22,485 nucleotides of DNA, filler included, from an uncultured virus (IMG/VR IMGVR_UViG_2897328257_000004) (3 parts of one record of this genome joined end to end with filler, not necessarily neighbours in it); one strand, 5' to 3'. Positions 7,545 through 17,314 are shown, numbered from the whole stretch's first letter. Program-made: numbers and translations. Notes: a model not told the origin generated them from the letters alone.

Positions 7545-8087
7545 ATGAATTATCCAACTATCGTTAACGGCATCGATTTTCGAGATCTGATTTTTGTGGC
7601 AAACAACGATCCGGTTACAGATTCTTTTATGGTGGCAAAAGCATTTGGAAAGCTGCCGAAGAACGTAGTTCGTGACATTGAACGAACCATAGAAGCTTGC
7701 CCTCCTGAGTTTGATACAAAGCTCAACTTTGAGCTTTGCTATAAAAACAATGAGTTACAGAATGGTAAGCCGCAAAAATTCTACCGTCTCCGCAAGGATG
7801 GGTTGATGCTTTTGGTTATGTCCTACACCAAAAAAGAAGCAATGCGTATCAAAATTGCTTACATCAACGCATTTAACTGGATGTACGCCATGCTTCAGGT
7901 TGGTCATCGTCAATTTGAAGAAGAGAGAAATGCCGTAATGCTGGAGTACATGAAAGAGAAGGATGTTGCCAGCATGTCAGGTCGCCTGCTAAATCGCTGG
8001 GGCAAAATTAAGAAGCCACAGCTGCTGGCTAGAATTGAACGCCTTGAACAGCACGGGCAAACCGTAATCCCCGGACTCATCAATTAA
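7545..8087 (+). CDS. rha: Rha-family phage regulatory protein
   Basis: VTDSFMVAKAFGK..KNVVRDIE, NFELCY, YRLRKDGLMLLVMSYT and KIAYINAFN are Rha motifs. Start at ATG 7545 after AAGGTG (180 aa). Confidence 0.92.
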   Translation: MNYPTIVNGIDFRDLIFVANNDPVTDSFMVAKAFGKLPKNVVRDIERTIEACPPEFDTKLNFELCYKNNELQNGKPQKFYRLRKDGLMLLVMSYTKKEAMRIKIAYINAFNWMYAMLQVGHRQFEEERNAVMLEYMKEKDVASMSGRLLNRWGKIKKPQLLARIERLEQHGQTVIPGLIN

Positions 8088-8089
8088 CG

Positions 8090-8505
8090 GCAGTACCGCG
8101 AAACAACCCAAGCCAGTAAGTGGGGAAATAACACTGGCAGCCACTGAAAGATGAACCTCCAGCCTTATGGCAAAAAAGATTCTTTGTGGTGGCGGACTGA
8201 TGGAAAGACATCGGTTATTGCAGAGGCCATTCAATGAGTGGTCTCGACAATGGCTTATACCCTACACGGGATAACTTAATTGATATCCTTTTTAACGGAT
8301 AAAGGCATTTCAGCCTGACATAGCCATGCGCCGTATCGTCGCCGTATTCCTGCATTAACAGAGACCGCAGCCCGACAGGGAGACTCCTCTGCGAGAGTGT
8401 GCGGGGATAATCAAAAACGATACACACCGGGGTTTACCGCGTTAACGGAGCGCGGCGTTGTCCCCTCATGGTCGCTGGTCCGGTGCGATGGTGGAAGAAA
8501 CTGGA
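8090..8505 (+). ncRNA. Candidate structured non-coding RNA region between rha and cos
   Basis: No convincing ORF. Many nested helices with G-U pairs that work on the + strand (see findings). No family assignment. Confidence 0.4.
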
Positions 8506-8538
8506 TTTTGTTGCAACTGATAACCATTATCATTTTAC

Positions 8539-8580
8539 GGGTCCTTTCCGGCGATCCGGGCCGTTACGGGGCGGCGACCT
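8539..8580 (+). promoter_or_regulatory. cos: cosQ and cosN (lambda-type cohesive end site)
   Basis: cosQ GGGTCCT at 8539-8545. Lambda 12-nt cohesive end GGGCGGCGACCT at 8569-8580, followed by lambda-like CGCGGGTTTTCGCTATTTATGAAAATTTT. Confidence 0.97.
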
Positions 8581-8619
8581 CGCGGGTTTTCGCTATTTAT
8601 GAAAATTTTTAGGGAAAAA

Positions 8620-8732
8620 TCAGATCCGTTCTTCTTCTTTTTAACTGATTGATTATCAATAGAATTTTAAAAATATAAAAGGATCTGACAAAGGCTGTTT
8701 TTGTCCGAAAACGCCATTTTCAGATCCTTTCT
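8620..8732 (+). promoter_or_regulatory. cosB: three terminase R sites and an IHF site
   Basis: TCAGATCCGTTCT (8620-8632), inverted AAAGGATCTGA (8678-8688) and TCAGATCCTTTCT (8720-8732) in the R3/R2/R1 arrangement. IHF consensus WATCAANNNNTTR on the minus strand at 8642-8654. Confidence 0.88.
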
Positions 8733-8749
8733 GGTTTCCGGAGGAGTGT

Positions 8750-9298
8750 ATGAACGTCAATAAGAAAAAACTGGCCGATATTTTTGGCGTTGATGTCAGG
8801 ACCATCACCGCCTGGCAGAGTCAGGGGTTACCACTGGTTTCTGGTGGAGGGAAAGGGACTGAATCAGTTTTTGATACAACTGCTGCCATTCAGTGGTATG
8901 CGCAGCGCGAAGCTGATATTGAAAACGAAAAACTCCGTAAAGAGGTCGAAGATTTGAGGGCTGCCAGTGAATCTGACCTTCAGCCCGGCACCATTGATTA
9001 CGAACGTTACCGACTGACGAAGGCACAGGCCGATGCACAGGAGCTGAAAAATGCTCGTGAGGAAGGCCTTGTCCTCGAGACGGAGTTATTTACCTACATC
9101 TTTCAGAGAGTGGCACAGAATATATCTGGGATCCTTGTCCGTGTCCCTCAGACACTGCAGCGTAAATACCCTGAGATATCACCCGCACATCTTGATGCTG
9201 TGAAAACTGAAATCGCGAAAGCATCCGATGTGGCTTCTGAAGCCGGTGAGAATGTGCGCAGGTGGATTGATGATTTCAGACGAACTGAGGGCGGCTAA
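8750..9298 (+). CDS. nu1: Terminase small subunit
   Basis: w[59 protein letters not shown]; first gene after cos. Confidence 0.97.
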   Translation: MNVNKKKLADIFGVDVRTITAWQSQGLPLVSGGGKGTESVFDTTAAIQWYAQREADIENEKLRKEVEDLRAASESDLQPGTIDYERYRLTKAQADAQELKNAREEGLVLETELFTYIFQRVAQNISGILVRVPQTLQRKYPEISPAHLDAVKTEIAKASDVASEAGENVRRWIDDFRRTEGG

Positions 9299-11198
9299 TT
9301 CTGCAGGAGCGATAGCAACCGGCCTTCTTGCGCTAAAAATTCCTGTCCCCCTGACGACAGTTCAGTGGGCAGATCGACACTATTACCTTCCGAAAGAGTC
9401 ATCTTACACCCCGGGGCGGTGGGAAACACTGCCGTTTCAGGTAGCCATCATGAACAGCATGGGGAATGACCGGATCCGCACGGTTAATCTGATTAAATCT
9501 GCCCGTGTTGGTTATACAAAGATGTTGCTGGGAGTGGAGGCTTATTTTATTGAGCATAAATCACGCAACAGCCTTCTTTTCCAGCCTACGGATTCTGCTG
9601 CTGAAGATTTTATGAAATCTCATGTGGAACCCACGATCAGGGATGTGCCGGTTTTACTCGATCTTGCACCGTGGTTTGGGCGTAAACATCGTGATAATAC
9701 CCTCACGCTGAAACGCTTTTCATCGGGTGTGGGCTTCTGGTGCCTGGGCGGTGCGGCAGCAAAAAACTACCGTGAAAAATCCGTGGACGTGGTCTGCTAT
9801 GACGAGCTTTCCTCGTTCGAGCCGGATGTTGAAAAAGAGGGCTCGCCAACCCTGCTGGGGGATAAGCGTATTGAGGGCTCTGTATGGCCAAAATCCATTC
9901 GCGGCTCGACGCCTAAAATCAAAGGTTCCTGCCAGATCGAAAAAGCGGCCAACGAGTCGGCGCATTTCATGCGTTTTTATGTGCCCTGCCCGCACTGTGG
10001 GGAGGAGCAGTATCTGAAATTTGGCGATGAGTCCACGCCTTTTGGCCTTAAATGGGAGAAGGACAGACCCGAAAGTGTTTTCTACCTCTGTGAACATCAT
10101 GGCTGTGTGATCCATCAGTCTGAACTGGACCAGAGCAACGGGCGGTGGATCTGTGAAAACACAGGCATGTGGACCCGTGACGGTCTGACGTTTTTCAGCG
10201 CTGCGGGTAATGAAATTCCGCCGCCGCGCTCCATCACGTTCCACATCTGGACGGCGTACAGTCCGTTCACCACCTGGGTACAGATAGTCTATGACTGGCT
10301 GGATGCACTGAAAGATCCCAACGGCCTGAAAACCTTTGTGAACACCACGCTGGGCGAGACCTGGGAAGAGGCCGTGGGCGAAAAACTCGATCACCAGGTA
10401 CTGATGGATAAGGTTGTGCGTTACACGGCGGCGGTGCCTGCCCGGGTGCTTTATCTGACGGCGGGCATTGACTCGCAGCGAAACCGTTTTGAGATGTATG
10501 TCTGGGGATGGGCTCCGGGAGAGGAAGCCTTTCTGGTGGATAAAATCATCATTATGGGGCGTCCTGATGAGGAAGAGACTTTGTTACGTGTGGATGCGGC
10601 GATCAACAAAAAATACCGCCATGCAGACGGAACCGAAATGACCATTTCCCGGGTCTGCTGGGACACCGGGGGGATCGATGGCGAAATCGTTTATCAGAGA
10701 TCAAAAAAACACGGTGTTTTCCGGGGGTTGCCGGTAAAAGGCGCATCTGTCTATGGCAAGCCGGTGATCACCATGCCAAAAACCCGCAATCAGCGGGGCG
10801 TGTATCTGTGTGAAGTGGGGACGGACACCGCAAAAGAAATTCTCTATGCCCGTATGAAAGCCGATCCCACGCCTGCGGATGAGGCCACGTCGTATGCCAT
10901 CCGTTTTCCTGATGATCCAGAGGTTTTTTCGCAGACAGAGGCGCAGCAACTGGTAGCGGAAGAGCTGGTGGAGAAGTGGGAAAAAGGAAAGATGCGTCTG
11001 CTGTGGGATAACAAAAAGCGGCGTAACGAAGCGCTGGACTGCCTGGTGTATGCCTACGCGGCATTACGTGTGTCCGTGCAACGCTGGCAGCTTGATCTGG
11101 CTGTACTGGCAAAATCCCGGGAAGAAGAGACGACCCGGCCAACCCTGAAAGAACTGGCAGCGAAGCTGTCCGGAGGAGTGAATGGTTACAGTCGCTGA
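9270..11198 (+). CDS. A: Terminase large subunit (gpA family)
   Basis: Walker [10 protein letters not shown], Walker [33 protein letters not shown] 9270 preferred to 9228. Confidence 0.97.
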   Translation: MISDELRAANSAGAIATGLLALKIPVPLTTVQWADRHYYLPKESSYTPGRWETLPFQVAIMNSMGNDRIRTVNLIKSARVGYTKMLLGVEAYFIEHKSRNSLLFQPTDSAAEDFMKSHVEPTIRDVPVLLDLAPWFGRKHRDNTLTLKRFSSGVGFWCLGGAAAKNYREKSVDVVCYDELSSFEPDVEKEGSPTLLGDKRIEGSVWPKSIRGSTPKIKGSCQIEKAANESAHFMRFYVPCPHCGEEQYLKFGDESTPFGLKWEKDRPESVFYLCEHHGCVIHQSELDQSNGRWICENTGMWTRDGLTFFSAAGNEIPPPRSITFHIWTAYSPFTTWVQIVYDWLDALKDPNGLKTFVNTTLGETWEEAVGEKLDHQVLMDKVVRYTAAVPARVLYLTAGIDSQRNRFEMYVWGWAPGEEAFLVDKIIIMGRPDEEETLLRVDAAINKKYRHADGTEMTISRVCWDTGGIDGEIVYQRSKKHGVFRGLPVKGASVYGKPVITMPKTRNQRGVYLCEVGTDTAKEILYARMKADPTPADEATSYAIRFPDDPEVFSQTEAQQLVAEELVEKWEKGKMRLLWDNKKRRNEALDCLVYAYAALRVSVQRWQLDLAVLAKSREEETTRPTLKELAAKLSGGVNGYSR

Positions 11199-11388
11199 AC
11201 TGCAGGCGCTGCGTCAGGCGCGCCTTGATTTATTAACCGGTAAACGGGTGGTGTCTGTCCAGAAAGATGGTCGCAGAATTGAATATACGGCGGCTTCTCT
11301 GGATGAGCTTAACCGTGCGATCAATGATGCGGAGTCGGTACTGGGGACAACCCGCCGTCGCCGTTGTCCGCTGGGAGTGAGGTTATGA
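11182..11388 (+). CDS. W: Head completion protein gpW
   Basis: 68 aa. DLLTGKRVVSVQKDGRRIEY motif; between terminase and portal. Confidence 0.95.
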   Translation: MVTVAELQALRQARLDLLTGKRVVSVQKDGRRIEYTAASLDELNRAINDAESVLGTTRRRRCPLGVRL

Positions 11389-12977
11389 AACGAACGCCTG
11401 TCCTGATTGATGTGAACGGCGTTCCGCTTCGGGAGAGCCTCAGCTACCACGGGGGCGGTGCAGGATTTGGCGGGCAAATGGCGGAGTGGTTGCCACCCTC
11501 GCAGAGTGCCGATGCGGCCCTGCTGCCCGCGTTGCGTCTGGGGAATGCCCGTGCAGATGATCTGGTGCGCAATAACGGGATAGCGGCTAATGCGGTGGCC
11601 CTGCATAAGGATCATATTGTCGGGCATATGTTTCTGATCAGCTACCGTCCGAACTGGCGCTGGCTGGGGATGCGGGAGACTGCGGCAAAAAGTTTTGTCG
11701 ATGAGGTGGAGGCGGCCTGGTCGGAATACGCAGAAGGGATGTTTGGCGAGATTGACGTGGAAGGGAAACGCACGTTTACGGAATTTATCCGTGAAGGTGT
11801 GGGCGTTCATGCCTTTAACGGCGAAATCTTTGTGCAGCCGGTCTGGGATACGGAGAGCACGCAGCTGTTTCGTACGCGTTTTAAAGCCGTGAGTCCGAAA
11901 CGGGTGGACACGCCAGGGCACGGTATGGGGAACCGCTTTCTGCGGGCCGGTGTGGAGGTCGATCGATATGGTCGTGCCGTTGCGTACCATATCTGTGAGG
12001 ATGATTTTCCGTTCTCCGGGAGTGGACGATGGGAACGGATCCCGCGTGAACTTCCCACCGGGCGTCCGGCCATGCTGCATATTTTCGAGCCGGTGGAGGA
12101 CGGGCAGACCCGTGGAGCCAATCAGTTTTACAGCGTCATGGAACGGCTGAAGATGCTCGATTCCCTGCAGGCAACACAGCTTCAGTCGGCCATTGTCAAG
12201 GCCATGTATGCAGCGACGATTGAAAGTGAACTGGATACCGAAAAGGCCTTTGAATATATCGCCGGTGCGCCGCAGGGGCAGAAGGATAATCCGCTTATTA
12301 ATATTCTGGAGAAGTTCTCCAGCTGGTATGACACGAATCACGTGACGCTGGGCGGTGTCAAAATTCCGCACCTTTTCCCTGGTGATGATCTGAAACTACA
12401 GACAGCGCAGGATTCAGACAATGGATTTTCGGCGCTTGAACAGGCGCTGCTGCGGTATATCGCCGCCGGTCTTGGCGTTTCCTACGAACAGTTGTCCCGT
12501 GATTACTCGAAGGTCAGTTATTCAAGTGCCCGCGCCTCCGCCAATGAGTCGTGGCGCTATTTTATGGGGCGGCGAAAATTTATTGCGGCCCGGCTGGCCA
12601 CGCAGATGTTTTCCTGCTGGCTGGAAGAGGCACTTCTTCGGGGGATTATTCGTTCGCCACGGGCACGTTTTGATTTTTATCAGGCGCGATCAGCCTGGTC
12701 ACGGGCAGAGTGGATTGGTGCCGGAAGAATGGCCATTGACGGGCTCAAGGAAGTCCAGGAATCAGTGATGCGCATTGAGGCCGGACTGAGCACGTATGAG
12801 AAAGAGCTGGCGCTGATGGGCGAGGATTATCAGGACATTTTCCGCCAGCAGGTCAGGGAATCTGCAGAGCGGGAAAAAGCCGGACTCTCACGCCCGGTGT
12901 GGATAGCGCAGGCGTATCAGCAGCAGATAGCGGAGAGTCGCAGGCCGGAAGAGGAGACAACACCACGTGAGACGTAA
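11385..12977 (+). CDS. B: Portal protein (lambda gpB family)
   Basis: ARADDLVRNNG, GQTRG, GLGVSYEQLSRDY...YSSARAS, IDGLKEV. ATGA overlap with the W stop. Confidence 0.97.
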   Translation: MKRTPVLIDVNGVPLRESLSYHGGGAGFGGQMAEWLPPSQSADAALLPALRLGNARADDLVRNNGIAANAVALHKDHIVGHMFLISYRPNWRWLGMRETAAKSFVDEVEAAWSEYAEGMFGEIDVEGKRTFTEFIREGVGVHAFNGEIFVQPVWDTESTQLFRTRFKAVSPKRVDTPGHGMGNRFLRAGVEVDRYGRAVAYHICEDDFPFSGSGRWERIPRELPTGRPAMLHIFEPVEDGQTRGANQFYSVMERLKMLDSLQATQLQSAIVKAMYAATIESELDTEKAFEYIAGAPQGQKDNPLINILEKFSSWYDTNHVTLGGVKIPHLFPGDDLKLQTAQDSDNGFSALEQALLRYIAAGLGVSYEQLSRDYSKVSYSSARASANESWRYFMGRRKFIAARLATQMFSCWLEEALLRGIIRSPRARFDFYQARSAWSRAEWIGAGRMAIDGLKEVQESVMRIEAGLSTYEKELALMGEDYQDIFRQQVRESAEREKAGLSRPVWIAQAYQQQIAESRRPEEETTPRET

Positions 12978-14472
12978 TCTTTCACACATTATTGCCGCAG
13001 CATTCAATGAACCGCTGCTTCTGGAGCCCGCCTATGCGCGGGTTTTCTTTTGCGCGCTCGGGCGCGAGATGGGGGCAGCAAGTCTTTCGGTACCACAACA
13101 ACAGGTACAGCTTGATGCGCCCGGAATGCTGGCTGAAACGGACGAGTACATGGCCGGAGGTAAACGACCGGCCCGTGTTTACCGGGTGGTGAACGGTATT
13201 GCTGTACTGCCGGTGACCGGCACGCTGGTGCACCGGCTGGGCGGTATGCGGCCATTTTCCGGAATGACAGGCTATGACGGCATTGTCGCCTGTCTTCAGC
13301 AGGCAATGGCGGATAGCCAGGTGCGGGGCGTACTGCTGGACATTGACAGTCCGGGCGGGCAGGCCGCCGGCGCGTTTGACTGCGCTGACATGATTTACCG
13401 CCTTCGTCAGCAGAAGCCGGTCTGGGCACTGTGCAATGACACGGCCTGTTCTGCAGCCATGCTGCTGGCGTCGGCCTGCTCCCGACGGCTGGTTACCCAG
13501 ACATCCCGTATCGGCTCCATTGGCGTGATGATGAGCCATGTCAGCTATGCCGGTCATCTGGCGCAGGCCGGTGTGGATATCACGCTGATTTATGCCGGGG
13601 CGCACAAGGTGGATGGCAATCAGTTTGAAGCGTTGCCGGCAGAGGTTCGCCAGGACATGCAGCAGCGGATTGATGCGGCGCGCCGGATGTTTGCCGAAAA
13701 AGTGGCGATGTATACCGGGTTGTCTGTGGATGCGGTCACGGGAACAGAGGCCGCCGTTTTTGAAGGTCAGTCCGGCATTGAGGCCGGGCTGGCGGATGAA
13801 TTAATCAATGCGTCGGATGCCATCAGTGTGATGGCCACGGCGCTGAACAGTAATGTCAGAGGAGGCAGTATGCCGCAATTAACTGCAACGGAAGCCGCCG
13901 TGCAGGAGAACCAGCGAGTGATGGGGATCCTGACATGCCAGGAAGCGAAAGGACGTGAACAGCTTGCCACGATGCTGGCAGGACAACAGGGCATGAGCAT
14001 TGAACAGGCCCGGGCGATTCTGGCCGCGGCAGCACCACAGCAGCCGGTGGCATCCGCGCAGAGTGAAGCCGATCGCATTATGGCGTGTGAAGAAGCGAAC
14101 GGTCGTGAACAACTGGCGGCAACGCTGGCGGCGATGCCGGAGATGACGGTGGAAAAAGCCCGCCCGATCCTGGCTGCTTCACCGCAAGCGGATGCAGGCC
14201 CCTCACTTCGTGATCAGATTATGGCTCTGAGTGAGGCGAAAGGGGCTGAGGCGCTGGCTGAAAAACTGGCGGCGTTTCCCGGAATGACTGTGGAGTCTGC
14301 CCGAGACATGCTGGCCTCATCGTCGGATAAAGCAGAACCGGTCTCTGCATCCACAACCGCCCTGTTTGAACGGTTCATGGCGAACCATTCACCGGCAGCG
14401 GTGCAGGGTGGCGTGTCACAGGCGTCAGCAGACGGTGATGCGGACGTGAAAATGCTCATGGCCATGCCATGA
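12967..14472 (+). CDS. C: S49 capsid maturation protease gpC
   Basis: LLDIDSPGG, ACSAA and IGSIGV S49 motifs; follows the portal gene. Confidence 0.95.
   Translation: MRRNLSHIIAAAFNEPLLLEPAYARVFFCALGREMGAASLSVPQQQVQLDAPGMLAETDEYMAGGKRPARVYRVVNGIAVLPVTGTLVHRLGGMRPFSGMTGYDGIVACLQQAMADSQVRGVLLDIDSPGGQAAGAFDCADMIYRLRQQKPVWALCNDTACSAAMLLASACSRRLVTQTSRIGSIGVMMSHVSYAGHLAQAGVDITLIYAGAHKVDGNQFEALPAEVRQDMQQRIDAARRMFAEKVAMYTGLSVDAVTGTEAAVFEGQSGIEAGLADELINASDAISVMATALNSNVRGGSMPQLTATEAAVQENQRVMGILTCQEAKGREQLATMLAGQQGMSIEQARAILAAAAPQQPVASAQSEADRIMACEEANGREQLAATLAAMPEMTVEKARPILAASPQADAGPSLRDQIMALSEAKGAEALAEKLAAFPGMTVESARDMLASSSDKAEPVSASTTALFERFMANHSPAAVQGGVSQASADGDADVKMLMAMP
13870..14472 (+). CDS. nu3: Scaffolding protein, in-frame internal start in C (Nu3-like)
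   Basis: GGAGG SD at 13861-13865 and in-frame ATG 13870 (MPQLTATEAA). Ala/Glu-rich helical repeats; same arrangement as lambda C/Nu3. Confidence 0.75.
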   Translation: MPQLTATEAAVQENQRVMGILTCQEAKGREQLATMLAGQQGMSIEQARAILAAAAPQQPVASAQSEADRIMACEEANGREQLAATLAAMPEMTVEKARPILAASPQADAGPSLRDQIMALSEAKGAEALAEKLAAFPGMTVESARDMLASSSDKAEPVSASTTALFERFMANHSPAAVQGGVSQASADGDADVKMLMAMP

Positions 14473-14508
14473 AGTCAGTGCTGACCATCAATACGAGGTT
14501 TTAACAAT

Positions 14509-14856
14509 ATGGTGACGAAAACCATCACTGAACAGCGTGCGGAAGTACGTATTTTTGCCGGTAATGATCCGGCTCACACTGCCACAGGCAGCAGCGGGAT
14601 TTCTTCTGCAACACCGGCTCTGACGCCCCTGATGCTGGATGAAGCCAGCGGGAAACTGGTGGTCTGGGACGGACAGAAAGCCGGTAGTGCGGTTGGCATA
14701 CTGGTACTGCCGCTTGAAGGCACAGAGACGGTGCTGACCTATTACAAGTCGGGGACCTTTGCGACGGAGGCAATCCACTGGCCTGAACGTGTGGATGAAC
14801 ACAAAAAGGCCAACGCCTTTGTCGGCACAGCCCTGAGTCACGCGGCGCTGCCGTAA
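14509..14856 (+). CDS. D: Head decoration protein (gpD/Shp-like)
   Basis: GNDPAHTATG, TPLMLD...KLVVWDG, YYKSGTF; upstream of the major capsid gene. Confidence 0.95.
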   Translation: MVTKTITEQRAEVRIFAGNDPAHTATGSSGISSATPALTPLMLDEASGKLVVWDGQKAGSAVGILVLPLEGTETVLTYYKSGTFATEAIHWPERVDEHKKANAFVGTALSHAALP

Positions 14857-14913
14857 CACGTTATCAGGCCGCCGCGTTGGCCTGACTGATTTCTGAATGA
14901 AAGGAACTGATTT

Positions 14914-15942
14914 ATGGGATTGTTTACGACCCGCCAGTTACTCGGTTATACCGAACAAAAAGTGAAATTTCGTGCGCTGTTTCTGGAACTGTTTTTCCGC
15001 CGTACGGTGAATTTCCACACCGAAGAGGTGATGCTGGACAAAATTACCGGAAAAACGCCGGTGGCAGCCTATGTATCCCCGGTTGTTGAAGGAAAAGTGC
15101 TGCGTCATCGTGGTGGTGAAACCCGCGTGTTACGTCCGGGCTACGTCAAGCCGAAACACGAATTTAATTACCAGCAGGCGGTGGAGCGCCTTCCAGGTGA
15201 AGATCCGGCGCAGCTGAACGACCCGGCCTACCGTCGTCTGCGTATCATCACCGATAACCTCAAACAGGAAGAGCATGCCATTGTCCAGGTGGAAGAAATG
15301 CAGGCGGTGAATGCCGTGCTGTATGGCAAATACACCATGGAAGGGGAGCAGTTTGATACTGTCGAGGTGGATTTCGGGCGCTCTGAAGGAAATAACATTG
15401 AGCAGGCTGATGGTAAAAAATGGTCTGAGCAGGACCGTGATACGTTTGATCCGACGCATGATATTGACCTCTACTGCGATCAGGCCAGCGGTCTTGTGAA
15501 TATCGCCATTATGGACGGTACGGTCTGGCGTCTGCTGAATGGCTTTAAGCTGTTCCGCGAAAAACTGGATACCCGTCGCGGCTCAAATTCACAACTCGAA
15601 ACGGCAGTGAAAGACCTGGGAGCGGTGGTGTCTTTCAAAGGGTATTACGGCGATCTGGCTATTGTGGTGGCGAAAACGTCTTATGTGGCAGAGGACGGTA
15701 CCGAAAAACGTTATCTGCCAGAGGGCACGCTGGTCCTGGGAAATACGTCAGCAGAGGGGATCCGTTGTTACGGTGCCATTCAGGATGCACAGGCGTTGTC
15801 CGAAGGTGTGGTGGCTTCTTCCCGTTACCCGAAACACTGGCTGACCGTGGGCGATCCGGCCCGTGAATTCACCATGACGCAGTCTGCACCGCTGATGGTG
15901 CTGCCGGATCCGGATGAGTTTGTGGTGGTACAGGTGAAATAA
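14914..15942 (+). CDS. E: Major capsid protein gpE
   Basis: 342 aa. PGYVKPKH, RLPGEDP, LDTRRGSNSQLETAVKDLG, TMTQSAPLM. Confidence 0.97.
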   Translation: MGLFTTRQLLGYTEQKVKFRALFLELFFRRTVNFHTEEVMLDKITGKTPVAAYVSPVVEGKVLRHRGGETRVLRPGYVKPKHEFNYQQAVERLPGEDPAQLNDPAYRRLRIITDNLKQEEHAIVQVEEMQAVNAVLYGKYTMEGEQFDTVEVDFGRSEGNNIEQADGKKWSEQDRDTFDPTHDIDLYCDQASGLVNIAIMDGTVWRLLNGFKLFREKLDTRRGSNSQLETAVKDLGAVVSFKGYYGDLAIVVAKTSYVAEDGTEKRYLPEGTLVLGNTSAEGIRCYGAIQDAQALSEGVVASSRYPKHWLTVGDPAREFTMTQSAPLMVLPDPDEFVVVQVK

Positions 15943-15950
15943 TCCGGGAG

Positions 15951-15979
15951 CGGGGGCGAAATGCCCCCGTGTCTTTTTT
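15951..15979 (+). terminator. Terminator-like hairpin after the major capsid gene
   Basis: CGGGGGC-GAAAT-GCCCCCG followed by TGTCTTTTTT. Confidence 0.75.
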
Positions 15980-15993
15980 CACAGGGGGCTGAG

Positions 15994-16377
15994 ATGGCAA
16001 CAAAAGAAGAAAATCTGAATCGTCTTCGTCAACTGGCTGGTCTGCTGGGACGCGAGGCGGATATGTCGGGGAGTGCTGCGGATATTGCTCAGCGTGTGTC
16101 TGAGTGGGAAGAGGAGCTTGCTGCTTCCCGGGAGGACATTATGCACTCTGATGAGAGCGGGTCTGACCAAAATTACACAGACGATGGTGAGCCGTTGAAC
16201 AACACGGATGCTCCGGATGATGTTAAAGCCGTCCGTGTGCGCAAGTGCCTGCATGTGATGGGGTATTGCCCGGAGACAGGCCGTCCTGTTGAGCTTACGT
16301 TCCGGGGGATGCGTGTTCTGGTGCCATCATCACTGGCAATGGCCATGATACAGCACGGAACGGCTGAGTATGCGTGA
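15994..16377 (+). CDS. FI: DNA packaging protein gpFI
   Basis: TKEENLNRLRQLA..LGREADMSGS..DIAQRVSEWEEEL; synteny. ATG 15994 preferred because 15961 lies inside the hairpin. Confidence 0.88.
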   Translation: MATKEENLNRLRQLAGLLGREADMSGSAADIAQRVSEWEEELAASREDIMHSDESGSDQNYTDDGEPLNNTDAPDDVKAVRVRKCLHVMGYCPETGRPVELTFRGMRVLVPSSLAMAMIQHGTAEYA

Positions 16378-16723
16378 TTTTCAGAATGCCTTTGATGCCG
16401 CCCTTGCGGGGGTGGACAGCACGATTGTTGAAGTGATGGGGATCCGTGCGCAGTTCACCTCCGGAGCACAGCGTGGCGGTGAAGTTCTGGGGGTTTTTGA
16501 CGATCCGGAGTCGCTGGGTTTTGCCGGTGGCGGGGTCCGTATTGAAGGAAGCAGCCCGTCATTATTTGTGCGGACGGATACGGTCCGTGCCGTGCGGCGT
16601 GGTGACACGCTGACCATTAACGGCGGGATGTTCTGGGTGGATCGTGTTTCTCCGGATGACGGGGGCAGCTGTTATCTCTGGCTCAACCGTGGGCAACCAC
16701 CCGCTGTTAACCGGCGACGATAA
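16370..16723 (+). CDS. FII: Head-tail joining protein gpFII
   Basis: GVFDDPE, GVRIEGSSPSLFVRT, WVDRVSPDDGGSC, G.PPAVNRRR. Confidence 0.95.
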   Translation: MRDFQNAFDAALAGVDSTIVEVMGIRAQFTSGAQRGGEVLGVFDDPESLGFAGGGVRIEGSSPSLFVRTDTVRAVRRGDTLTINGGMFWVDRVSPDDGGSCYLWLNRGQPPAVNRRR

Positions 16724-16738
16724 ACGCAGGGTGAAATT

Positions 16739-17314
16739 ATGGCGATAAAAGGGCTTGATCAGGCGATTGACAATCTGAGCCGGGTTCGTAAAAACGCCAT
16801 TCCGGCGGCTTCAGCAATGACGATTAACCGCGTGGCCACAACGGCGATTAATCAGTCTTCATCACAGGTTGCCCGGGAGACAAAGGTACGCCGGAAACTG
16901 GTTAAGGAACGGTCCAGACTGAAACGGGCCACGGTCAGAAATCCGAATGCAAAAATTATCGTTAACCGCGGTGATCTCCCTGTGATTAAGCAGGGGATCA
17001 GAATGCTGGGGCGTCGTCCGGACAGCATACTCAAAGCCGGTCAGCATCGTTATCAGCGGGCATTTATCCAGCGATTAAATAATGGGCGCTGGCATGTTAT
17101 GCAACGTCTTCCCCAGGCCAGATATGAGGAGGGCAATGATGACAAGGGCAGGAAAAAGCGTAATCGCCTTCCCATTCAGGTGGTGAAAATCCCGATGGCG
17201 GCCCCACTGAAACAGGCGTTTGATGAAAACGTTGACCGTATCCGTCGAGAACGCCTACCCAAAGAACTGGCATATGCGCTGAAACAACAACTGAGGATTG
17301 CGATAAAACGATGA
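16739..17314 (+). CDS. Z: Tail completion protein gpZ
   Basis: MAIKGL.QA, VNRGDLPVIK, NGRWHVMQR, PIQVVKIPMA.PL. Confidence 0.95.
   Translation: MAIKGLDQAIDNLSRVRKNAIPAASAMTINRVATTAINQSSSQVARETKVRRKLVKERSRLKRATVRNPNAKIIVNRGDLPVIKQGIRMLGRRPDSILKAGQHRYQRAFIQRLNNGRWHVMQRLPQARYEEGNDDKGRKKRNRLPIQVVKIPMAAPLKQAFDENVDRIRRERLPKELAYALKQQLRIAIKR

Noticed and set aside
8397..8612. 71-aa ORF, plus the minus-strand ORFs 7989-8234 and 8215-8427
   Set aside because: The 71-aa ORF runs through cosQ/cosN. None has recognisable motifs or good initiation signals, so they are likely spurious.
11214..12371. 385-aa antisense ORF over W and the portal gene, and other long shadow ORFs over head and fibre genes
   Set aside because: These lie opposite well-conserved GC-rich structural genes and have no motifs; typical shadow frames.
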